Below are positions 38,249-44,121 of a stretch of 44,121 nt of DNA, piece by piece (the stretch's first letter is position 1; every line of letters begins with the position of its first letter). A program made the translations under genes and the position numbers. Origin of the DNA: Nannocystales bacterium (GTDB taxonomy: Bacteria > Myxococcota_A > Polyangia > Nannocystales > Nannocystaceae); assembly GCA_050633305.1 (NCBI GenBank), contig JBOEGF010000029.1, forward strand, positions 1-44,121, in the 5' to 3' direction. The notes beneath the pieces are model-generated. The model searched no databases. It had not been told where the DNA came from and saw only the letters and a program-made list of their open reading frames with translations.

Positions 38249-39007
38249 TCACGCGAGCAGCAGCGCCGAACCGCATGCGAACGCCAGCCCGACCACCAGG
38301 GGCGAGTAGAGCGCGTCGTCGGCCTGCGCGAAGTCTGTGCTGTGGTCCGCCTTGGAGAAGCCCACCTGCTTTCCATCGCCCACCGCCCGGACGACGAACA
38401 CCGCCAGCGCGATCCAAAGCAACACGCGGACCGCCCCCGGAGCGACGGTGACGCTCGGCCAAACCAGCAGCGCGGCAAGGACTGCGCAGGCCCCACAGAC
38501 CGCGAAGCACGCGAGCGGCCCAGGCTTGAAGGCCGGTGAACCGTCGTCGCGTTGCGGGACAGCGGCGCCCATGCCCCAGCGTCCACCGACGCCCCAGTAC
38601 GCGTGAAGACCCGCCAGCAGTACGGCCAAGGCAGCACCGCAGAGCGAGAGCCCTTGCACGGCCACGGCCGGCACTGCGCCAGCCGAGACCCACAGGCAGC
38701 CGGCCGCCGCGAGAAACAGCGGCCACGCCAAATGGCCCCGCAACAGCGCAAAGATCACGACTCCGCTCAGAGCGCAGACCATGGCCGCCGCGTGCATGAG
38801 CGGTACACCCGCAACGGCCGCCGCCAACCCGACCCACGCGATCGAAGTCAGGTGCCAAGCAAAGCGAAAGATTCGTTCCGCAGCGTGCCGTGGGATGCCG
38901 ATATCCCACGGTTTTGCGAACAAGGGACGCAGAAGTGCCGCCTCACCGAGGACGGAGTGCAGCACAGCAATGAGCGAGAGAATTGCGACGGCGACGTAAG
39001 CGAGCAT
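38249..39007 (-). CDS. Integral membrane protein with C-terminal DUF3995-like domain
   Basis: About 7-8 TMs; LHAYWGVGGRWG...P..FKPG...RAVGD...GF...YSPL in the C-terminal half; LHSVLGE...FAWH in the N-terminal half. Confidence 0.8.
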   Translation of the reverse strand: MLAYVAVAILSLIAVLHSVLGEAALLRPLFAKPWDIGIPRHAAERIFRFAWHLTSIAWVGLAAAVAGVPLMHAAAMVCALSGVVIFALLRGHLAWPLFLAAAGCLWVSAGAVPAVAVQGLSLCGAALAVLLAGLHAYWGVGGRWGMGAAVPQRDDGSPAFKPGPLACFAVCGACAVLAALLVWPSVTVAPGAVRVLLWIALAVFVVRAVGDGKQVGFSKADHSTDFAQADDALYSPLVVGLAFACGSALLLA

Positions 39008-39022
39008 GATGTCCTCCGCACG

Positions 39023-39079
39023 ACCATACGCTGCCGTATGTTTCGTACATTGCCCACGTACCATACGCTGGCGTATTGT
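39023..39079. promoter_or_regulatory. Two CATACG-N4-CGTAT(G/T) palindromes, probable TetR operators
   Basis: accatacgctgccgtatg (39023-39040) and accatacgctggcgtatt (39060-39077), between the divergent TetR and membrane protein genes. Confidence 0.8.
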
Positions 39080-39084
39080 CCACC

Positions 39085-39633
39085 GTGGCCAAGCTCTCCG
39101 CCGACGATTGGATCGCCGCTGCCGCCGGTCGCTTTGCCGAGCAAGGCGCGGACGCGGTCCGGATCGAACCGCTCGCAAAATCGCTCGGGGTCTCCAAGGG
39201 CAGCTTCTATTGGCACTTCAAGGACCGGGCGGCCCTGCTCGGTGCGGTCGTGGATGCATGGGAGCAGCGCGGCACGCTCGAGATCATCGAAGGTGTCGAG
39301 GCGGAGTCGGACGACCCCGCCGATCAGCTCTGGGCGCTGTTTGAGCGAACCTTCGGCACACCAACTGCCGTCGACATGTTCGAGACCGCCGTCCGCTCAT
39401 GGGCGAGCCAGGATGCCCACGCACGCGAGGTCACCAAGCGCGTTGACCGAAAACGGCTCGCCTTCGTGGCAGGCCTACTGCACGCGGCCGGGATCCCAAA
39501 AGCCGAGTCAAAACGCCGCGCCGACCTTCTGTACTGCACGCTGATCGGCGAGTTCCTCCAGCGAAGCTATGGCAAGCCCAGACTGAGCCGCGCTTCGCTT
39601 CGCTCGCTGCATCGCCTCCTGCTCACGCCTTGA
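39085..39633 (+). CDS. TetR/AcrR family transcriptional regulator
   Basis: DWIAAA...GADAVRIEPLAKSLGVSKGSFYWHFKDR HTH. Confidence 0.95.
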   Translation: MAKLSADDWIAAAAGRFAEQGADAVRIEPLAKSLGVSKGSFYWHFKDRAALLGAVVDAWEQRGTLEIIEGVEAESDDPADQLWALFERTFGTPTAVDMFETAVRSWASQDAHAREVTKRVDRKRLAFVAGLLHAAGIPKAESKRRADLLYCTLIGEFLQRSYGKPRLSRASLRSLHRLLLTP

Positions 39634-39783
39634 GATGCGCGGGACCGTTCGGCGAACCGGATGGAACTTCGGCGCCAAAGCACGTCGACTCTTCCCCGTG
39701 CACATCAAGAACGTTCACGCATGTCGTCGTGTTGCGCTCCTGCTGCCGTAGGTCGCGGTCCATGTGCCGGACACCCGGCCCGG

Positions 39784-40767
39784 TTACTCGGTCGGTCGGC
39801 AGAATCCGGTGTCCACGTGGGCTTCGTCGATGCCCTCGAGGTTGACGAAGTAGGGCTCGCACGTGAAGCCCTCGTCGCAGTCGGGCGCAGCGAGGTCACA
39901 GAAGGTGGTGCAGCACGGCTCGTCTGCGGGACACTCGCCAAGCGCGGTTTCGGTCGCCATGAACGAGCCGGCCGGACATGCCGGGTGCAGAGTCGAGGCG
40001 TCTACGTAGGCGGGCGTGTTTTCGCGGATGCAGACAAAGTCGTCGTACGTCCCTGGGTAGCACCCACTCCCATCCTCGCAGTCCTGAAGCAACGGGCTGC
40101 ACGCGGGCAGGCAAATCGGCAGCAACTGCTCGTTCCCATTGAAGCAGGTCCGCGCCGGATCCATGCACGTTGGCCCGGCGTCGTTGGTGCAGAAGTCAAT
40201 GCAAGTGCCTTCCAGCGTGTCGCTGTCCACATCCCAACACATGGAGCCACCGATGCAGGTATCGCTTCCCGACATCGGACCACCTTCGACAGTGCAGAGC
40301 TCTCCGGGCAGAGATGGGGCATCGGAGATCGCGGTGCAGAGGGGACTCGACCAGGTGCCCGATTCTCCGAGGTCCGCAACCTTGCACCCCTCCCCGCGGC
40401 TACAGTCTTGCTGCCATGGGCTGCAGTCCAAGCTGCAGTGTGCGCGCACGCTGTCGTCGGGCTGAAAACCGCCACACCCACCACCGTCCGGGTCGGTGAT
40501 GAAGCCAGTGCTGATCCCCGTGTCGAACGTGTCGCCTGATGAACTCGACCCGCCACTGGAACCAGACGTCCCTGCGGTCACTCCACTCGTGGGAGATGCG
40601 GTCGTTTGGGACGCACCCGTCGCGGGGTCGGCCGCTTCCGTCGTCGAGCTGGGCGAGCCCGTCGTCGGCACCGAGTCCGTCTGGCCCGAGGATCCCCCTT
40701 CGTCCGCGACCGGACCCGTGCACCCCACGACCAACACGAGCACCAGACTCCCCCTCGACCAAACCAT
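39784..40767 (-). CDS. Cys-rich lipoprotein of Nannocystaceae type
   Basis: Lipobox VVGC; S/T/G linker; CSPWQQDC / CSPLLQDC internal duplication; many Cys. Confidence 0.8.
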   Translation of the reverse strand: MVWSRGSLVLVLVVGCTGPVADEGGSSGQTDSVPTTGSPSSTTEAADPATGASQTTASPTSGVTAGTSGSSGGSSSSGDTFDTGISTGFITDPDGGGCGGFQPDDSVRAHCSLDCSPWQQDCSRGEGCKVADLGESGTWSSPLCTAISDAPSLPGELCTVEGGPMSGSDTCIGGSMCWDVDSDTLEGTCIDFCTNDAGPTCMDPARTCFNGNEQLLPICLPACSPLLQDCEDGSGCYPGTYDDFVCIRENTPAYVDASTLHPACPAGSFMATETALGECPADEPCCTTFCDLAAPDCDEGFTCEPYFVNLEGIDEAHVDTGFCRPTE

Positions 40768-40938
40768 GCACCCAAGGTACCGCGGTCCTCGCCTGAGCAC
40801 CACTGAGACAGCAGAGGAAAGGCCGAGCGGTGTCACATGGGACACCAGCGAGGGGCAGTCTACAACATGTCCCAGAGGTACACTCCGGTCTCATCGGCTT
40901 CGACCTCGTCGGCGACCGCGCCTCCTCGTGTCCGGTCC

Positions 40939-41847
40939 TCAAGTCAGAACCCGACGGAGAAAACCGACTTGACGCTCCCGGCACGCGCCGGAGACTTCGG
41001 CCTCCGGCGCGAGTGTCACGAAGTCGTGAAACGCACCCAAGACCTCGTCCAGCTGCACCACCCCGCTTGCTTGATGGAGGCGAGCCGCGTAGCTCCGCGA
41101 CTCGGCGGCAAACAGGTCGAGCGTCCCGACGCCAATCCACGTGGGCGGGAGCCCGGTGACGTCCTCGCATCGCGCTGCAGCGGCGTACTCCGGAATCACG
41201 GCGGCTCCAGGAGCACAGCCCAGGTAAGCCCCCCACGCCGCCGCGTTGCTGCGGTTGTTCCACACGACGTGCGACGTCGGGTCGATCGAATCATCGGCGG
41301 CGGTCCGGTCATCGAGCATGGGCCAGCACAACAGCTGCCCGTCGGGCTGCGGTAGCGCACCGCCGCGAAGACGCTGACACAACACCGCCGCAAGACCGCC
41401 CCCCGCACTCACGCCGCCCACCGCCATTCGCTCGAGCCCGAGGGAGGCGAGCCAGCGCCAGCCCGTGAGGCAGTCGTCGCTCGCCGCCGGACAGGGATGC
41501 TCGGGAGCGAGCCGATAGTGCACCGAGGCAACGACGATCCCGAGGTCTTGGGCCCACGCTGAGCAACGCACGTCGTCTTGCAGTGGCGAACCCAACAGCA
41601 GCCCACCGCCATGCATCCACAGGAGGCCGGCGCGCACAGCAACGCCCGCCGGCCGATAGACGCGAAGCACAACGCCTTCGAACTGGGCGGTCTCCACCGT
41701 GACCCCCTCGGTCGGCACGTGCTTCGCCATCGCCGACGCCGCCCTGCGCATCAGCGGCAGTCGTTGCAGCTTGTGATACGGCAGCTTGGGCGCCCTGGTC
41801 CAAGCCTCTCGCAGCTGCGGGTGAACTTCGTTCGGCGCCGTCGCCAT
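40939..41847 (-). CDS. Alpha/beta hydrolase, HSL-like esterase
   Basis: HGGG oxyanion motif, YRLAPEHP, GVSAGG nucleophile, DLF, HDF. Confidence 0.93.
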   Translation of the reverse strand: MATAPNEVHPQLREAWTRAPKLPYHKLQRLPLMRRAASAMAKHVPTEGVTVETAQFEGVVLRVYRPAGVAVRAGLLWMHGGGLLLGSPLQDDVRCSAWAQDLGIVVASVHYRLAPEHPCPAASDDCLTGWRWLASLGLERMAVGGVSAGGGLAAVLCQRLRGGALPQPDGQLLCWPMLDDRTAADDSIDPTSHVVWNNRSNAAAWGAYLGCAPGAAVIPEYAAAARCEDVTGLPPTWIGVGTLDLFAAESRSYAARLHQASGVVQLDEVLGAFHDFVTLAPEAEVSGACRERQVGFLRRVLT

Positions 41848-43085
41848 CAGCTGTTGATCACAGCTTCGATCTCTTCGCGGCTGAGCGTGTGGTCGCCCTT
41901 CTTGGCGAAGGAGAACACCTTGTCAACCATGGCATCGCTCGTCTCGAAACCATGGGTGCGCAGCCAGTGCACGACGTTGGACTTGCCGCTGTAGTGACCG
42001 ATCTCGATCTCTTGCTGCCGGCCAAACACCCGGGCGGGCACGGACGAGTAGACACGGTCGGCGAGGTCGAGCTCGCCCTTTTTCTCGGCCTTGATCACCG
42101 CCGCCGCATGCACGCCGGTTGCGGTTCGGAACGCGTCCCGCCCGCTGAGTGGATACGCGGGGTGAATCGGAACGTCGGTGTACTCGCTGACCTTGTTCAC
42201 GTACTCGACGAGGCACGACAGGTCGTGCGCCTCAGCGTCGAGCTCTCCGAGCAGGTAGAGGTTGAGCAGCAACAGGTCCATCGACGTGTTGCCGACGCGC
42301 TCGCCGATCCCCAGGCCACAGCCGTGCACCCGGTCCACGCCGTGCTCCAGCGCGAAGAGGGCCAGAGGCAGCGCGTGCCCGCGGTCGTTGTGGCCGTGCC
42401 AGTCCAGCTCGACCGACTCCTCGACGTCCATGCCCCGGAGCAGACCCTTGGTGAAGCTCAGTAGGTTGGCCACGCCATCGGGCGTCGCGTGGCCGCACGT
42501 GTCGCACAAGACCAACCGTGTCGCGCCTGCTTCGATCGCCGCCCGGAACAGCCGGTCGAGCGTGCTCGGGTGGCTCCGGGTCGTGTCCTCGGTGACGAAC
42601 GACGCCGGCAAGTTGTTGCGGACCGTAAACGCGACGGCGTCGGCCGAGAGCTTCTCGAGCCGGTCCACGTCCCAGTTCTCGGCGTAGCCCCGGATCGGAC
42701 TGGATCCGATGAAGGCCGTGACCTCGATCGGCAGACCCACCCGCTGCGAGATCTCGACGATGGGGGCGATGTCGGCCTCCATCGTTCGCGCTGCACAGTT
42801 CGGGAGGATGTTCAGCTTCTCTTCGACGATGCACCGCGCCAAGCGCTCGACGTCGTCTTGCGCCCGCTTCCCCGCACCTGGAAGACCGAGGTTGACCACA
42901 TGGATGCCGAGGCGATCCATCAACCGCAGCAGCTCCATCTTTTGCTCGATGGAGGGATCGCGGACCGAGGGAGACTGCAGCCCGTCGCGGATCGTCTCGT
43001 CGACGAAGATCGGCTTCTTGCGCAGCAGTGGACCCCTCCGGTCCTTCTCGTTCCAGTCGTAGATGAGCGCGGCGGTGTTGGTCAT
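41847..43085 (-). CDS. LeuA-family DRE-TIM acyltransferase (2-isopropylmalate/homocitrate/citramalate synthase-like) lacking regulatory domain
   Basis: DETIRDGLQ, EDTTR, HGHNDRG, GIGERVGN, GVH, SGKSN; only 412 aa. Confidence 0.9.
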   Translation of the reverse strand: MTNTAALIYDWNEKDRRGPLLRKKPIFVDETIRDGLQSPSVRDPSIEQKMELLRLMDRLGIHVVNLGLPGAGKRAQDDVERLARCIVEEKLNILPNCAARTMEADIAPIVEISQRVGLPIEVTAFIGSSPIRGYAENWDVDRLEKLSADAVAFTVRNNLPASFVTEDTTRSHPSTLDRLFRAAIEAGATRLVLCDTCGHATPDGVANLLSFTKGLLRGMDVEESVELDWHGHNDRGHALPLALFALEHGVDRVHGCGLGIGERVGNTSMDLLLLNLYLLGELDAEAHDLSCLVEYVNKVSEYTDVPIHPAYPLSGRDAFRTATGVHAAAVIKAEKKGELDLADRVYSSVPARVFGRQQEIEIGHYSGKSNVVHWLRTHGFETSDAMVDKVFSFAKKGDHTLSREEIEAVINS

Positions 43086-43088
43086 GAG

Positions 43089-44105
43089 CTAAGCCTGGGC
43101 AACGATGATGTCGTCGCGACGGAAGAAGTGCTGGATCTGCTCCAGGAGGCTGTAGAACAGCTCTTCGTCGATCTCGTCGTCTTCGTCGACCTGCGTGAGC
43201 AGCAGGTCTCGCATCACGACGATGCCCTTGAGCTCGGCCTCGTCCTCGTCGCTCTTGGGCGAGCCAAGGAAGATCACGGTGCCGCGAGGGTCAACTCCGC
43301 CGACGACTTGCTCAACGGTGGCCCGGGCCTGAACGGTGATCGGCGTCGCCGCCACCAGCTTGAGCACGGGATCGGGAAGCCCTTCGAGGACCTCCTCGAG
43401 ACGCGAGCGGAGCTCTTGCGTCTCTGCGAAGTCCGGCGCCGGAGGAGCGTCGTCACCCAGTTCGGCCCACTCTTCGGTATCGAGCTCGAGCACCTTCTTC
43501 ATGGCCTGACGAGCGCCGTCGTTGTCCCCGACCGCCTCGAGGCCGATCCCCACCTGGTAGTGAAGATCTGCGTCAGCGTCGTCATGCTCGAGCGCTTTGC
43601 GAAGGGTCGCGACCGCCGCATCGAACTGCTCGTCGGCGAGCTGCGCGGAGCCCAGCGCACCGAGGTATGCGGGGTGGGTCTTGCGCACTGCGTCGATCGC
43701 CTCGAGGGTCTCCAGGGCCCCCTGAGGGTCGTCGACGGTGAGTCGCAGTTGCGCAAGCAACAGCCGGGCGTCGTCGGCCTGCTCTCCGGGGACATCCGAA
43801 AGCTCGAGGACCTTGCGGACCTGGTCCTCGGCCTCCTCGACCTCCTCCATGGAGTAGAGGCACTCGGCGCAGTCGAAGTGGATCTCGGGACGACCGGCTT
43901 CTTGGTCGGCTGCCTTGAGCAGCATCGCAGTCGCATCCTCGAGGTCGTCTTGCGCCCAAGCGAGCAAACCGCGGAGGTGGAGAACCCGAGCGTGCTCCGC
44001 TCCAGCCGTCTCGGTCGCCTCTTTGAGGACAGCCGTCGCGGCTTCGATGTTTTCGTCCTCGACGGCGGCCAGGCCACGGTCGATGAGGGCGTCGATCTCG
44101 GACAT
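43089..44105 (-). CDS. Tetratricopeptide repeat protein with degenerate minimal-zincin-like C-terminal domain
   Basis: Several TPR helices (e.g. ADLHYQVGIGLEAVGDNDGARQAMKKVLELD); the C-terminus LP...ITV...DP...F.G...I...EL..SLLEQIQHFF resembles Zincin_1. Confidence 0.85.
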   Translation of the reverse strand: MSEIDALIDRGLAAVEDENIEAATAVLKEATETAGAEHARVLHLRGLLAWAQDDLEDATAMLLKAADQEAGRPEIHFDCAECLYSMEEVEEAEDQVRKVLELSDVPGEQADDARLLLAQLRLTVDDPQGALETLEAIDAVRKTHPAYLGALGSAQLADEQFDAAVATLRKALEHDDADADLHYQVGIGLEAVGDNDGARQAMKKVLELDTEEWAELGDDAPPAPDFAETQELRSRLEEVLEGLPDPVLKLVAATPITVQARATVEQVVGGVDPRGTVIFLGSPKSDEDEAELKGIVVMRDLLLTQVDEDDEIDEELFYSLLEQIQHFFRRDDIIVAQA

Positions 44106-44121
44106 GGGCGCACCGTAGACC

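Overview
A GC-rich bacterial chromosomal segment with about 36 genes. Myxococcus-type Cys-rich repeats, a ferritin-like lipoprotein, an AgmX/TonB-C-like domain and many Ser/Thr-linker lipoproteins suggest a myxobacterium, probably Nannocystaceae-like (inference). There are two core metabolic blocks. The first is sucA-sucB-lpdA (7613-13205), divergent from an aminotransferase/BASS/PilZ unit. The second is a complete seven-gene reductive pyrimidine catabolism operon on the minus strand (33619-24177): beta-ureidopropionase, hydA, NCS2 permease, mmsA, class-III aminotransferase, preT and preA. The rest is accessory. It includes three small regulator modules with visible paired operators (SRPBCC-ArsR, Rrf2-OYE, TetR-DUF3995), M20 and M28 peptidases, a metallophosphoesterase, a desaturase, a TPR/pseudo-zincin-LeuA-like-esterase operon, about ten predicted lipoproteins and two gene remnants. 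I recognised no rRNA, tRNA, CRISPR array, transposase or integrase. The strongest window-wide signal is that eight first-of-unit genes have a TAnnnT box 5-7 nt before the start codon and no Shine-Dalgarno, suggesting pervasive leaderless mRNAs. All family calls come from motif recognition, not database searches.
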